A stretch of DNA of 64,000 nt, taken from the NCBI RefSeq assembly GCF_963921235.1, contig NC_086097.1, positions 199,828,001-199,892,000 on the forward strand, in the 5' to 3' direction. The notes under the pieces are model-generated. The model ran no database searches and had not been told where the DNA came from. It saw nothing but the letters and a program-made list of their open reading frames with translations. Below are positions 14,330 to 28,400 of this stretch, piece after piece. The position numbers and the translations under genes are program-made. Numbering within the stretch: the stretch's first letter is position 1; each line of letters starts with the position of its first letter. This DNA comes from Mobula hypostoma (taxonomy: Eukaryota).

Positions 14330-15445
14330 TTCTCAATTCCTTCATCGCTGCTGCATCAGTTCCCAGGCTGATGCTCTCCTTTCCAGGACATCTTCAATGA
14401 ATGGGGTTTAGCTTCCTCCACCATTGAAACTATCCTCAGCCTTTTCTCTTCCATTTCCTGGACATCTGCGCTCACCCCATCTTCCCGCTGCCTGAAGAGA
14501 GGTGGAATTCCTCTTGATCTTGCCTACCGCCCCATCTCCGCATCCAAAATATCACTCTCCGCAACTTCTGCCATCTTCAAGGGTATCCTACCACCAAGCA
14601 CATCTTTACCTCCCACTCTCTGCTTTCCTCAGGGACTGCTCCCTCTGTGATTCCCTTGTCCATTCATCCCTCCCCATGAGTCTCCCTCCTGGCACATATC
14701 CCTGCAAGTGATAGAAATGCCTATTCATGTCCCTTACCTCCATTCAGGGCCTCAAACAGTCCTACCAGGTGAGGCAGCACTTCACCTGTGAATATGTTAG
14801 GGTCATCTATTATATCCAATGCTCCCCATGCATTCTCCTTTACATTGGTGAGACCCAAAGTAAATTGGGGGACCGCTTTTCCGAGCACCTCCATTCTATC
14901 TGCCAAAAGCGGGATTTCCCATTTCAGTTCCCATCCCTATTCCCAGTCCATAATCACCTCTTTTGCCACAATGAGGCCACTCTCAGGGTGGAGGAACGAC
15001 ACCTCTTATTCTGTCTAGGTGGCCTCCAATCTAACGGCATGAACATCTATTTCTTCTTATGGTAATTTTTAACCCCCTCTTCCCACTTCTTCTATTCCCC
15101 ACTCTGACTTCTTACCTCTTCTCCTCACTTACCTGTCACTTCCCCCTGGTGCCCCCCCCTTCCTTTTCTCCCATGGTCAACTCTCCTCTCCTATCAGACT
15201 CCTTCTCCTGCCCTTGCCTTTCCATCCCACCTGGCTTCACCTATGACCTTCTAACTTGTCCTCCTTCCCTTCTTCCCTCCCCCCATGAAGTCTTCCTCTT
15301 CCTTTCCTGTCCTGAAGAAGGGTCTCGGCCTGAAACATTGACTGTTTATTCAATTTCCTTAGATGCCGCCTGACCTGCTGAGTTCCTCCAGCATTTTCTG
15401 TGTGCATTGCTCTTGATTTCCAGCACCTGCGGAATCTCTTGCGTT
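14330..15445 (+). mobile_element. Penelope-like element 3' part: GIY-YIG endonuclease remnant plus terminal repeat
   Basis: ORF 14727-15065 FTCEYVRVIYYIQCSPCILLYIGETQSKLGDRFSEH (GIY-YIG with Cys motif), pyrimidine-rich 3' UTR, hammerhead motif at 15309-15342. Confidence 0.88.
15309..15342 (+). ncRNA. Minimal type-I hammerhead ribozyme motif (Penelope-associated)
   Basis: gtc-CTGAAGA(A)-GGGT ctcg GCCT-GAAA-ca-TT-gac; core, stem II and stem I (gtc/gac) visible. Confidence 0.65.
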
Positions 15446-15606
15446 CTCTACAGTTCTATTCTTCCTATTTAATGATTTCTTGTCTAGAAATTCTACCCTG
15501 TTCAGTAACACGAGATATGCCATAACATTTCTAAAGACCATGTTTTAATGTAATAAGAAAACATGAAAAACTGTCTGCTGAGTCCTGCTTTGTCTTGTCC
15601 ACTTAT

Positions 15607-15876
15607 GGGCGACATTGTAGCGTAGTGGTTAGCACGATGTTACGCATTCCAGATTTCATTTCTGGTGCTGTTCTGTAAAGAGTGTCTGTACATCCTCCCT
15701 GTGGAATGCATGAGTTTTCTCTGGGTCCTCGTGTTTCCTCCCATACCGGGTAGTTTAATTGATCATTGCAACTGGTCTTGTGGTTAGGATAGGGTTAAAT
15801 CAAGGTTGTTAAGGGCTGCTGATTGGTGTGACTCGAAGGGCTGAAAGCCTATTCCATGCTCTGTCTCTAAATAAAA
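15607..15876 (+). mobile_element. tRNA-derived HE1-like V-SINE with CR1-derived tail
   Basis: A-box tagcgtagtgg, central ttttctctgggtcctcgtgtttcctccc domain, tail gactcgaagggctgaaagcctattccatgctctgtctct. Confidence 0.7.
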
Positions 15877-16387
15877 CAAATATATTGTTTGGTCATTAAG
15901 CAAATCTTCTGTTTAAAACGTCTCACTTTAGTAGCCTAGCCTCCATCTGCGAAGGCTGAGATTTGGAATTCCCTTTCTAAACCTAATCCACTCCTCTTAC
16001 CTCCAATACTCATGAAACTTCGTCATGGTTTTGGAAATTCACTTCATTGTCAGAATTTTCCTGTGAGATAGCATGGTGTATTTTACCATGTTAGAAATAT
16101 CACACAAATAATAATTGGTGAATACTCTTTCATCAACATTCAGGAAATATTCGGTCAAAATCGGTGTTTTTTAAGTGAAACTTTGTGTACTTTCCTCCCT
16201 TCAAAATAACTTGGCTAATAATATATGTAATGTAGAAATACTGATTTTGATATAAATCATCCAAACAGAAATTTGGTCTTCAGGGTTTTACTTGTTCACT
16301 CTGCTGACTGCTTGCATTATAAATTTGCTATGATTAATAATTTCTGGAATGTATTTTAATTATACTTTTTTATTTTTGTATTAATAG

Positions 16388-16466
16388 GCATTTAGACAAC
16401 CATCACCTCTGGGACCCAAATGCATTTGCTGTTTCCTGCTTTAAAATTACAATGTATTCCATACAG
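16388..16466 (+). CDS. EFR3A: EFR3A coding exon (79 nt)
   Basis: taatAG|G CAT TTA GAC AAC...ATA CAG|GTtagt; HLDNHHLWDPNAFAVSCFKITMYSIQ. Confidence 0.95.
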
Positions 16467-16639
16467 GTTAGTGTGTAATATTTTGCAAAGCAATTTTTGT
16501 TATTTCTGAAAGCCATTTTACTGCTTTTCCTACCTCTCCTTAAGTCCATTATGGATTGAATAAAAATATTGAAAAGTCTAATTTAATTGCTATGAGTCCA
16601 GTGGCAATATACTGCACATTTGGAGCGCATGGAAATTTT

Positions 16640-17490
16640 TAAAAAACTGCCGATGCTAAAAATCCAGAATAAAAACAAAATGCTAAAACATTCAGCGGGT
16701 TAGTCAAAGTCTGTAGAAAGAGAAAGAGTTAACAATTCAGCTCAAAGATCCTTCTGCTGAGCTAGGCAAAATAGGAAAACATATCATTTCCTATATCATT
16801 TGCAGAGAGGTGGGTGAGACAAAGTAAATTTGAGTTGTGGGGATGAAGGTGATCTGGCTAATAGGTTAATGAAGGAAGATAGGGAATCTTGAACAAAGGA
16901 CCAGGAACACAATAAAATGAGGCATTTGGTGCATAATAATATCAAGGAACGTAAGATTTCCCTATATCATTTCCAATCCAGCCTTTCTGTCCATCGCCTC
17001 CTGCTTTGTTACTACAGAGGTTGATGTGAGCTTGAGGAACAGTAACTTATTTTCCATCTAGCCACCTAGTGGCTCCTGGCTTATTACTAAATTTTTCAAC
17101 TTGTGACTCCCTATCAGAATTGGCAAGCCTGTCGATGATACTTGCTCAGTTCTTACTAGCACAAATTGATCTGCCTGGCTTGTTGTACAGCCCTACATTT
17201 CACAACTTTACATTCCTTTGTTTGCTTTTACCCTTCAGCTCCTTTGATTTCATTGCTTGTATGTTTTTGTTCAGATTCTCTAACTTATTAACCCATTGAA
17301 GCAGCTGACCTTGTTTACAGCTCACTCCTAACTGTAACTTCTCAGGCAGTCGTTTAGTGTTATTCATCCCTTTCCATCCTTAAAATAACTGTTTTCTCTT
17401 TTTGCTGGTTCTCACAAAGAGTCATTAACCAGAAACATTTCACATATGTTGTCTGATCTGCTGGATGTTTCCAGCATCTTGTTTTATTTG
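16640..17490. mobile_element. Old Penelope-like remnant, inverted tail plus sense body
   Basis: 16645-16760 is roughly the reverse complement of 17405-17490 (ctgatctgctggatgtttccagcat). Confidence 0.55.
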
Positions 17491-17716
17491 AAGCAAGTGG
17501 GCTTCATTTTTGTTGGGCTTTTTTATAATAGCATTTTATCCATTTCATCCACGATGAGGTCGAGTGAAATAATGTGTGTAAAGTGCATGGAAACTTAACA
17601 TTTTCTGCTTAGTTTCATTTTAAAGCTCTCTTCCTGGCCTTGCATAGAAGTTGTTCTCTAATGTCTCAATTGCATGTGCTCTTGGTGTACTCGTTACAAT
17701 ATAGCTAATGTTACAG

Positions 17717-17852
17717 GCTCAGCATTCTCATCATGTGATTCAGCAAATTCTTCGACACCTGGACGCTCACAACAAGGATTCTGCAAGGGTCCGAGCTGGC
17801 ATTGTACAAGTCCTTTTAGAGACTGTTACTATCGCAGCAAAAGGTTCTGTTG
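17717..17852 (+). CDS. EFR3A: EFR3A coding exon (136 nt)
   Basis: ttacAG|GCT CAG CAT...GTT G|GTaagt; AQHSHHVIQQILRHLDAHNKDSARVRAGIVQVLLETVTIAAKGSV. Confidence 0.95.
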
Positions 17853-18099
17853 GTAAGTAGCGCTAACCGTTGGAGGGATAGCGAGTAAATGCTGATTACA
17901 TGTTCATTTATTTGCTGTGTATGCAAGAGTAATAGTAAGCTATAAACTTACTGATTCTCTCTTCAGTCTGCCACCACTATCTCGATGATGGTTTTTCTGA
18001 GTTCTAGAGTGTTTGTGTACGTCTGCATCATTCTTTTGTATCTGGTGTTTATTCTGGAATGTAGTTTGTTCCACATTTTCAATGAATCATGGATTCAAG

Positions 18100-21000
18100 A
18101 TTATTATCAGCTTCTCTAATATAAACTGGGACCACTTTATTGTAAGGGGTTTAGATGGGGCTGAATTTGTTAAGTGTATCCAGAAAAATTTCTTCTATCA
18201 GTGTGTGGACTGTCCATTGAGATGAGGGGCCTAATGTTGGATAATGAGCCTGACCAACTGACTGATCATTTCGTGGGTGAACATACAGGGAACAGTGACC
18301 CACAACTCCTCATCTTTCAGGATAGCTATAGATAAGGATATGAGGGCATTAGGCAGTAGCTAAGAAGTGTTAATTGGGAACATTTTTTTCTCTGGCATGT
18401 CCATATCAGACATGTGGAGGGTGCTTAACGATCAATTGTATGAGTACAGGAAAGATATCCTCCTTTTAGAAGGAAGGATGGGGATGGAAAGATGAGAGAA
18501 CTTTGGATGTCCAGAAAGATGATGAATTTAGTCAAAAAGATAAAGGAAAAGTATGTAAACCTTCAGAAATCAGGTCAAATGAAGGACATGAGTATAACAA
18601 AGTACGAAAAGAACTAAAGGAGGCAATTAGGAAAGCCTGGAGGGGTCTTGGAAAGTCTTTGGTAAGTTGGAATAAGATGAATCCCAAGGCATTCTGTACA
18701 TATATAGGGAGTAAAAGGATAACTAGGGAGAGAGTTTGACCACTTAATGATGAAGAGGGCTTCTACAAAAAAGGATCTTGGCAATTGTAGGGATGACTTG
18801 CAGCAGACTGAAAAGCTTGAGCATGTAGATATTAAGGAGGATGTTGTGCTGGAGCTTTAGGAGAGCATCAAGTTGGATAAGTCACCGGGACCAGAAGAGA
18901 TGTACCTCAGGCTACTGTGGGAGGTGAGGGAGGAGATTGCTGAGCCGCTAGTGATGATCTTTGCGTCATCAATGGGGATAGGAGAGGTTCCGGAGGATTG
19001 GAGGGTTGCGGATGTTGTTCCCTTATTCAAGAAAGGGCATAGAGATGGCCCAGGAAATTATAGACCAGTGAGTCTTGCTTCAGTGGTTGGTATTGGAGAA
19101 GATCCTGAAAGCAGGATTTATGAACATTTGGAGAGGCATAATATGATTAGGAATAGTCAGCATGGCTTTGTCAAAGGCAGATCGTGCCTGACGAGCCTGA
19201 CTGAATTTTTTGAGGATGTGACAAAACACATTGATGAAAGTAGAGCAGTAGATGCAGTGTATATGGATTTCAGCAAGGCACTTGATAAGGTACCACATGC
19301 AAGACTTATTGAGAAAATAAGGAGGCATGGGATCCAAGGGGACATTGCTTTGTGGATCCAGAACTGGCTTGCACACAGAAGGCAAAGAGTGGTTGTAGAT
19401 GGGTCATATTCTGCATGGAGGTTGGTGACCAGTGATGTGCCTCAGAAATCTGTTCTGGACCCCCTAGTCTTTGTGAATTTTATAAAAGACCTGGATGAGG
19501 AAGTGGAGGGATGATTTGTAAATTTGTGATGACACAAAGGCTGGGGGTGTTGTGGATAGTGTGGAGGGCTGTCAGAGGTTACAGTCGGACATTGATAGGA
19601 TTCAAAACTGGGCTGAGAAGTGGCAGATGGAGTTCAACTCAGATAAGTGTGAAGTGGTTCATTTTGGTAGGTCAAATATGATGGCAGAATATAGTTTTAA
19701 TGGTAAGACTCTTGGCAGTGTGTAGGATCAGAGGGATCTTGAGGTCTGAGTCCAAAGGACACTCAAAGATGCTGCACAGGTTGACTCTGTGGTTCAGAAG
19801 ACATACAGTGCGTTGGCCTTCATCACTCAGGATTGAGATTAAAAGCTAAGAGGTAATGTTGCAGCTATATAGAACCCTGGTCAGACCCCACTTGGAGCAC
19901 TGTGCTCAGTTCTGGTTGCCTCACTAAAAGAAGGATGTGGAAACCATAGAAAAGGTGCAGAAGAGACTTACAAGGATGTTGCTTGGTTTGGGAGCATTCC
20001 TTGTGAGATTTGGTTGAGTGAACTCAGCCTTTTCTCCTTGGAGCGACGGATGATGAGAGGTGACTTGATAGAGGTATACAAGATGATGACAGGCATTGAT
20101 CGTGTGGATAGTCAGAGGATTTTTCCCAGAGCTGAAATGGCTGGCATGAGAAGGCATAGTTTTAACGTGCTTGGAAGCAGGTACAGAGGAGATGTCAGGG
20201 GTAAGTTTTGTATTCAGAGAGTGGTGAGTGCATGGATGGGCTGCCAGTGACGGTGGTGGAGGTGGAAACGATAGGGTTTTTTAAAAGACTCTTGGATAGG
20301 TACATGGAGTTTAGAAAAATTGAGGGCTATGGGTAACCCGAGGTAAATTCTAAGGTGAGGACATGTTGGCACAGTCTGTATTGTGCTGTAGGTTTTCTAT
20401 GTTTTTATTTGCTTGGATGCAGAGAATGTGAGTGAGGTATTTGAAGTGCATTACTTTAGTATTTACCAAGGAAAAGGATATGGAGGACCAGGAGATCAGT
20501 GCTGAGTGTATAAATACATTAGGGTGTTTAGAGGACAAGGAGGAGGAAGTATTGGGGCTCCTAAGGAACGTTAAGGTGGGTAAGTCCCCAGGGCCTGATG
20601 GGATTTACCCCATGTTATTGGAGGATGCAAGAGATGAGTTTGCTATATCCTTGACTAGTATCTTTATGTCCTCTTTCACCACGGGCGAGGACCCAGAGGA
20701 CTGGCGAGTGGCTAATGTACCTCTATTTAAGAAGGGAACAAGAGAAAAACCTAGGAACTATAGACCGGTGAAACTCATGTTAGTTGTAGAGAAATTGGAG
20801 GAGAAGATTCTTAGGGACAGGATACATGAGCATTTGGAAACCCACGGCGTAATTTGGGAAAGTCGGCATGGCTTTGTATGGGGTAAGTCATGTCTTACCA
20901 ACTTGATTGAGTTTTTTGACAAGGTGATGAGAGAGATTGGTGAGGGTAGGACAGTGGATGTTGTCTACATAGCTTTTAGTAACCAGAAGATTAAGATGCA

Positions 21001-21945
21001 TGGGGTCTGCGGCGAATTGATTGTTTGGATGAAGAACCGGTTTGCACATAGAAGACAGAGGGTAGTGATTGAAGAGACGTATTTGAGCTGGAGGTCTGTA
21101 ATTAGTGGACTTCCATGGGTATTTGTGTTGGCACTTCTGCTGTTTATAATGTACATAAATGACCTGGATGAAAATGTAAGTGGGTGGGTTAGTTAATTTA
21201 AGAATGACACGAAGATTGGTGGAGTTGTGGATAGTCTAGAAGACTGGTAAAGAATACAGTTGAAAATATGGGCTGAGGAATGGCAGATGGAGTTTAACCC
21301 CAATAAATATAAGGTGTTGCACCTTGATAGGGCAAATGCAAGGAGAAACTACTCTGCTAAAGGCAAAGTAGCTGTTGATGAACAGAGAGATATTGGGATC
21401 CAAATTCATTGCTTCTTGAAGGTAGCTACACAAGTCAATAAGGTGATTAGGAAGGCTTATGGAATACTTGCTTTTATTAGTCGAGGCATTGAGTGCAAAA
21501 GTCAGGAGGTTATGTTGCAACTTTATAAAACTCACTGAGGCCATTTCTGGGGTATTGCATACAGTTCTGGTTGCCCTACTATAGGAATGATGCCAAGGCT
21601 TTGAAGAAAGTGCAGAAGAGTTTCACCAGCATGCTACCTGTTTTAAAGGGCATGTGCTATCATGAGAGCCTGGATGAGCTAGGCTTGTTTTCTCTGGAGC
21701 GTCGGAGGCTGAGGGGAGATCTGATAGAGGTTTACAAAATTATGAGGGGCATAGACAGAATGAACAGAAAGTATCTGTTTCCCAGGGTAGAAATGTCTAA
21801 TACCAGAGGGCATGCTTTGAAGGTAAGAGGGGGTAGGTTCAAGGGGTAAGTTTTTTACTCATTGTCGTGGTTGCCTGGAATGCACTGCCTGATATCGTAA
21901 TAGGGGCAAATACATTAAATGGCCAGTTCCTGTGCTGTATGTTCT
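18100..21945 (+). mobile_element. Older CR1 LINE split by a younger CR1 insertion (18760-20405)
   Basis: EN remnant 18100-18760 continues as RT ORF 20432-21196 and onward; the inner copy has its own RT ORF and tail. Confidence 0.85.
18760..20405 (+). mobile_element. Younger 5'-truncated CR1 LINE (nested)
   Basis: DKSPGPEEMYLRLLWE...YMDFSKALDKVPH (ORF 18873-19514); 3' tail gttttctatgttt. Confidence 0.88.
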
Positions 21946-22049
21946 AAGAGCATGGAACTGGACCTTCTTGGCCCACAACTTGCATGCTCAGCACAATCCC
22001 ATTTGACTGCTTAGATAGGAAAGGTATAAGAGGGATATAGGCGTAAGTG

Positions 22050-22602
22050 AGGATTCCTGAGGAGACTGAGGTCCTTTAACATCTGCCGGACGATGCTGAG
22101 GATGTTCTACGAGTCTGTGGTGGCCAGTGCTATCATGATTGCTGTTGTGTGCTGGGGCAGCAGGCTGAGGGTAGCAGACACCAACAGGATCAACAAACTC
22201 ATTCGTAAGGCCAGTGATGTTGTGGGGATGGAACTGGACTCTCTGACGGTGGTGTCTGAAAAGAGGATGCTGTCCAAGTTGCATGCCATCTTGGACAATG
22301 TCTCCCATCCACTACATAATGTACTAGTTGGGCACAGGAGTACCTTTAGCCAGAGTCTCATTCCACCGAGATGCAACACAGAGCGTCATAGGAAGTCATT
22401 CCTGCCTGTGGCCATCAAACTTTACAACTCCTCCCTTGGAGGATCAGACACCCTGAACCAATAGGCTGGTCCTGGACTTATTTCCTGGCATAATTTACAT
22501 ATTACTATTTAACTATTTATGGTTTTATTACTATTTATTATTTATGCTGCAACTGTAACGAAAACCAGTTTCCCCCGGGATCAATAAAGTATGACTATGA
22601 CT
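22050..22602 (+). mobile_element. Rex1/Babar-type LINE 3' fragment
   Basis: ORF 22093-22464 MLRMFYESVVASAIMIAVVCWG...SFLPVAIKLYN, then aataaa and (atgact)n tail. Confidence 0.85.
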
Positions 22603-23275
22603 GAGTAAACTTAGTTTAGAAGTGAGCAGACTAGCTCAGTTTTGGAGCAGGCCTAATGCTGTTTATACGCTGCCAGTTGTTCTTGCCCCGCATGACAGTT
22701 TCTTCTTCAGTGATCTGATTATTGTCTTTTGCTTCGGCTCAAGGCTATGTAGGAACTTCAGTATTAAAGATAGTGCTTAAAATCGTAACTATTAAGACAC
22801 ATGCACATTTTAAAACATCTAGAACATTTAATCTTCAATTGAATAGTAAGATTTAATACTTTTCTACTAGCAATCTTTATTTCCTTCCCCTTACTTGAAG
22901 GTTAGTGGAGCTAGTAAATCTGGTGGATTCCAAGGGACCAATGGGAAAAGTCTATGGAACTAGAACGGAAGTCCCACAGCCAAATATATTGCTGATCTAG
23001 GTGGACTATATGACCCATTTGTTTTCTTTTCCCCCCTTGTGGGATTTCTTTAGATTATTTCTAACAGAAGAAGTAAGAATGTATTTGTGGATTATTCTTA
23101 TTAAAATTGCTTACAACTTTTGTAGCGTGCTATATGCTTAATTGCTGTATGTCTAATTCAGACTGTGCTTGATCACTTTTATTTAGACATGCCTTTCATT
23201 TGTATTTTCTTTTAGAAATGTTATACAGTTAATAACTTGGAGAGTACTAACCATAAAGTTGTTTTCCCACGTCAG

Positions 23276-23425
23276 GTCCAACTGTTTTAGAGGTGTTTAA
23301 CACATTGCTGAAACATTTGCGCCTCAGTGTTGATTTTGAGTTGTCAAATCAGGATGCATCTACTGGTGCTTTATCAACAAGCAATGATGAGAAGGTAGTT
23401 CAGGATGCAATTATCCAAACGATTG
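23276..23425 (+). CDS. EFR3A: EFR3A coding exon (150 nt)
   Basis: gtcAG|GT CCA ACT GTT...ATT G|GTgagt; GPTVLEVFNTLLKHLRLSVDFELSNQDASTGALSTSNDEKVVQDAIIQTI; LKHLRLSV is A-like rather than B-like (from recalled paralog sequences). Confidence 0.95.
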
Positions 23426-24563
23426 GTGAGTACATATTTTAGCAATGTGAAATTGTGTGTTATTTACAGATGACACTAATTCTCCATGGATGTTAATGGT
23501 GTAAATTGAAATGGAAAATATTTAGCATGAAATCCATTTTGTGTGGTGAACTTGTACAAAACCTCCTGAGCCTTCAGTAGGTGTGAAGCTGTGTGTAATT
23601 TACTGGTTTTATTGATTAGTTAAGCTCCATGTTGTAGCACCAAGCATAATTTATGGGCCAGAACATGTGTGAAATGCTAGGGCTCGAGTGGGTAAATGTC
23701 AGCAGCCAGGCTGCGCGCAAAAGACGCAGAAGTCCCACAGTTGTTCACCGAGCTGCATGATGATTTCCGAGCTGCATTTATGTATAGACGTTCATAATTG
23801 TGCAGCATTTGTACTGGGGAATCTTCCCACTCTATGTACTTCTGCTTGGACTGGGCTAACGTCTAGGATCCTACTGATCTCAAATAGGACAGCTATAAGG
23901 AAGAACATTAAAAGTAAAATGTTCAGGTTTTTTAGATGTTTTAATAATTTAAGTTCTGTTTTGGAATGTTTCTGAATGCTGAAGACATTTAAAAGGCAAG
24001 AAACAGTTGACAGTGTAGCTTTGACAGTTGTCATAGTTTCCAGTTATCTTACAGACTGAGCTTGGTTTGATTGTCACCTTATCAGCAATTAAATGTTCAA
24101 AGTTCTGTCATATAAGCTTTGCGGTTTTGGATCCTGAGTTAGCTTAGAGCAAGTTCAGCCTTTGGTTTTCAAATCAGGTGTGGAATCCTGCTGTTGCTCA
24201 GTGGTTAGTGGAGCTGGTGTCCTATAATCAGGAACTTTGGGACTATATATTTTGCTTGAGAGGAGAAGAATTTCCTTGGTATATAGGGTTAAGTTTATGT
24301 TGGGTACTGAAGACTTGCATTATAGTGTTTTGAAAAAAATCTGTCACCATAGTAACTGTTTCCATTCAAATATCATCATTATTTATGAACCAGCTCTTGC
24401 ATTTTTTCCTCTAGCTAGTAATGATATTGATATGAGATCACAAGAAAAGATGAGCCTGCATCATTTGATTTGTGAGTTCTTACTGCTAGCTGTGAATGAA
24501 ATTATTGGGAGGTTGACAGCTTTTGATGTTGATGCAGTTGATGTTATGGGGTTAACTGAACAT

Positions 24564-24865
24564 CCGTTAATCTTGCGAGACCATGGATCTGCGCCTGGAA
24601 AGTCTTCACTCTCCAGGGCACAGGCCTGGGCAAGGTTGTATGGAAGACCAGCAGTTGCCCATGCTGCAAGTCTCCCCTCTGCACTACACCAATGTTGTCC
24701 ACGGGAAGGGCATTAGGACTCACAGCTTGGCACCAGTGTCGTCGCAGAGCAATGTGTGATTAAGTACCTTGCTCAAGGACACAACACATTCCCTCGGCTG
24801 GGGCTCAAACTCATGATCTTCAGGTAGCTAGTCCAATGCCTTAACCACATGCCACGTGCCCACAT
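24564..24865 (-). mobile_element. tRNA-derived SINE with 13-bp TSD
   Basis: Minus-strand head with tggcatgtgg A-box-like and gagtttgagccc B-box-like motifs, core tgtgtccttgagcaaggtacttaa; TSD gttaactgaacat at 24551-24563 and 24866-24878. Confidence 0.85.
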
Positions 24866-25014
24866 GTTAACTGAACATGATTCAAATTTATTACATATTG
24901 CTGGTGTTGCTTTGGTAATAAGGCCTTAGTCTCCTGTTTCTAATATTGGTGGACTTAGGAGTACGATGTGAAACTGGACCAAACCATCATTGCCTGCGAT
25001 TTTCTTTCTGTTAA

Positions 25015-25495
25015 AAGTTCAAAGTAAATTTATTATTGATGTACAAGTGATGTCACCATACACAATCCTGAGACTCCTTTAATTGTGGACATTCACAGTA
25101 ATCACAAGAAACACAGTAGAAAGAATGAAAGTACATCCCCGACAGGGCAGGCAACAACTGATGTTAAAAAATAACAAGCTGTGTGCAAATATAAAAGAAA
25201 GAAAAGTAAATACGTAGGCAGTAAATATCAAGAACATGAGGTGACGAGACCTTGAAAGTGAATCCAGTTCATTAATTGGGTGAGTGAAGCTCTTCCCTCT
25301 AGTTTGACAGCCTGATGGTTGGGGGGTAATAACTGTTCCTGAACCTGGTGATGTGGCTCTTGAGGGCCTGTGTTCCGCCTTCCTGATGGCAGCAGTGAGA
25401 AGAGAGCATGGCCTGTATGGTGGATGCTGCTTTCCTGCGACAGCCCAGTGTAGAGGTGCTCAGTGGTGGGGAGGGCTTTACCCGTGATGGACTGG
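25015..25495 (-). mobile_element. Rex1/Babar-type LINE 3' fragment
   Basis: HALFSLLPSGRR remnant (ORF 25228-25527) and aataaatttactttgaact tail on the minus strand. Confidence 0.7.
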
Positions 25496-28400
25496 AGACT
25501 AATGATAAAACAAGTCAAAGTCAGCATGGTTTCTATGAAGGGAAATCTTGCCTGGAAAATCTGTTAGAGTTCTTCGAGGAAGTGGATGTCATTTACTTGG
25601 ATTTTCAGAATGCATTTGATAAGGTGCCACACAGGCTGCTCAACAAGTTGAAATCTTATGGCATTACAGGAAAGATACTGGCATGGATAGTGGAATGGCT
25701 GACAGGCAGGGGGCAGTGAGTGGGAATAAAAGGGACCTTTTCTGGTTGGCCACTCGTGACTAGTGGTGTTCCTCGGGGATCAGCATTGGGACCGCTGCTT
25801 TTCACATTATAGAGTTATAGAATAGTACAGCACAGTACAGGCCCTTCGGCCCACAATGTTGTGCCGACCCTCAAACCCTGCTTCCCATATAAGCCCCCAC
25901 CTTAGATTCCTCCATATACCTGTCTAGTAGTTTCTGAAACTTCACTAGTGTATCTGCCTCCACCACTGACTCAGGCAGTGCATTCCACGCACCAACCACT
26001 CTCTGAGTAAAAAACCTTCCTCTAATATCCCCCTTGAACTTCTCACCCCTTACCTTAAAGCCATGTCCTCTTGTATTGAGCAGTGGTGCCCGAGGGAAGA
26101 GGCACTGGCTATCCACTCTATCTATTCCTCTTATTATCTTGTACACCTCTATCATATCTCCTCTCATCCTCCTTCTCTCCAAAGAGTAAAGCCCTAGCTC
26201 CCTTAATCTCTGATCATAATGCATACTTTCTAACCCAGGCAGCATCCCAGTAAATCTCCTTTCTACCCTTTCCAATGCTTCCACATCCTTCCTATAGTGA
26301 GGCGACCAGAACTGGACACAGTACTCCAAGTGTGGCCTAACCAGAGTTTTATAGAGCTGCATCATTACATCGCGACTCTTAAACTCTATCACTCGACTTA
26401 TGAAAGCTAACACCCCATAAGCTTTCTTAACTACCCTATCCACCTGTGAGGCAACTTTCAGGGATCTGTGGACATGTACCCCGAGATCCCTCTGCTCCTC
26501 CACACTACCAAGTATCCTGCCATTTATTTGTACTCTGCCTTGGAGTTTGTCCTTCCAAAGTGTACCACCTCACACTTCTCCGGGTTGAACTCCATCTGCC
26601 ACTTCTCAGCCCACTTCTGCATCCTACCAATGTCTCTCTGCAATCTTTGACAATCCTCTACACTATCTATAACACTGCCAACCTTTGTGTCGTCTGCAAA
26701 CTTGCCAACCCACCCTTCTACCCCCACATCCAGGTCGTTAATAAAAATCACGAAAAGTAGAGGTCCCAGAACAGATCCTTGTGGGACACCACTAGTCACA
26801 ATCCTCCAATCTGAATGTATTCCCTCCACCACCACCCTCTGCCTTCTGCAGGCAAGCCAATTCTGAATCCACCTTGCCAAACTTCCCTGGATCTCATGCC
26901 TTTTGACTTTCTGAATAAGCCTACCGTGTGGAACCTTGTCAAATGCCTTACTAAAATCCATATAGATCACATCCACTGCACTACCCTCATCTATATGCCT
27001 GGTCACCTCGTCAAAGAACTCTATCAGGCTTGTTAGACACGATCTGCCCTTCACAAAGCAGTGCTGACTGTTCCTGATCAGACCATGATTCTCTAAATGC
27101 CTATAGATCCTATCTCTAAGAATCTTTTCCAACAGCTTTCCCACCACAGACGTAAGGCTCACTGGTCAAAAATTACCCAGACTATCCCTACTACCTTTTT
27201 TGAACAAGGGGAACAACATTTGCCTCCCTCCAATCCTCCGGTACCATTCCCGTGGACAACGAGGACATAAAGATCCTAGCCAGAGGCTCAGCAATCTCTT
27301 CTCTCGCCTCGTGGAGCAGCCTGGGGAATATTCCATCAGGCCCCGGGGACTTATCTGTCCTAATGTATTTTAACAATTCCAACACCACCTCTCCCTTAAT
27401 TCAACATGCTTCAGAACATCAACCTCACTCATATTGTCCTCACCATCATCAAGTTCCCTCTCATTGGTGAATACCGAAGAGAAGTATTCATTGAGGACTT
27501 CGCTCACTTCCACAGCCTCCAGGCACATCTTCCCACCTTTATCTCTAATCGGTCCTACCTTCACTCCTGTCATCCTTTTTTTCTTCACATAATTGAAGAA
27601 TGCCTTGGGGTTTTCCTTTACCCTACTCGCCAAGGCCTTCTCATGCCCCCTTCTTGCTCTTCTCAGCCCCTTCTTAAGCTCCTTTCTTTCTTCCCTATAT
27701 TCCTCAATAGACCCATCTGATCCTTGCTTCCTAAACCTCATGTATGCTGCCTTCTTCCACCTGACTAGATTTTCCACCTCACTTGTCAACCATGGTTCCT
27801 TCACCCTACCATTCTTTATTTTCCTCACTGGGACAAATTTATCCCTTGCATCCCGCAAGAGATCTCTAAACATCGACCACATGTCCATAGTACATTTCCC
27901 TGCAAAAACATCATCCCAATTCACACCCGCAAGTTCTAGCCTTATAGCCTCATAATTTGCCTTTCCCCAATTAAAAATTTTCCTGTCCTCTTTGATTCTA
28001 TCCTTTTCCATCATAATGCTAAAGGCCAGGGAGCGGTGGTCACTGTCCCCCAGATGCTCACCCACTGAGAGATCTGTAACCTGACCTGGTTCATTACCTA
28101 GTACTAGATCTAGTATGGCATTCCCCCTAGCCATATACTGTGACAGGAATCCGTCCTGGACACACTTAACAAACTCTGCCCCATCTAAACCCTTGGAACT
28201 AATCAGGTGCCAATCGATATTAGGGAAGTTAAAGTCACCCATGATAACAACCCTGTTATTTTTGCACCCTTCCAAAATCTGCCTCCCAATCTGCTCCTCT
28301 GTATCTCTGCTGCTACCAGGGGGCCTATAGAATACCCCCAGTAGAGTAACTGCTCCCTTCCTGTTCCTGACTTCCACCCATATTGACTCAAAAGAGGATC

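Noticed and set aside
24790..24865. tRNA gene calls at SINE heads (also near 15610 and 63120-63179)
   Set aside because: Only A/B-box-like motifs with no complete cloverleaf; they continue into SINE bodies, two of them with TSDs
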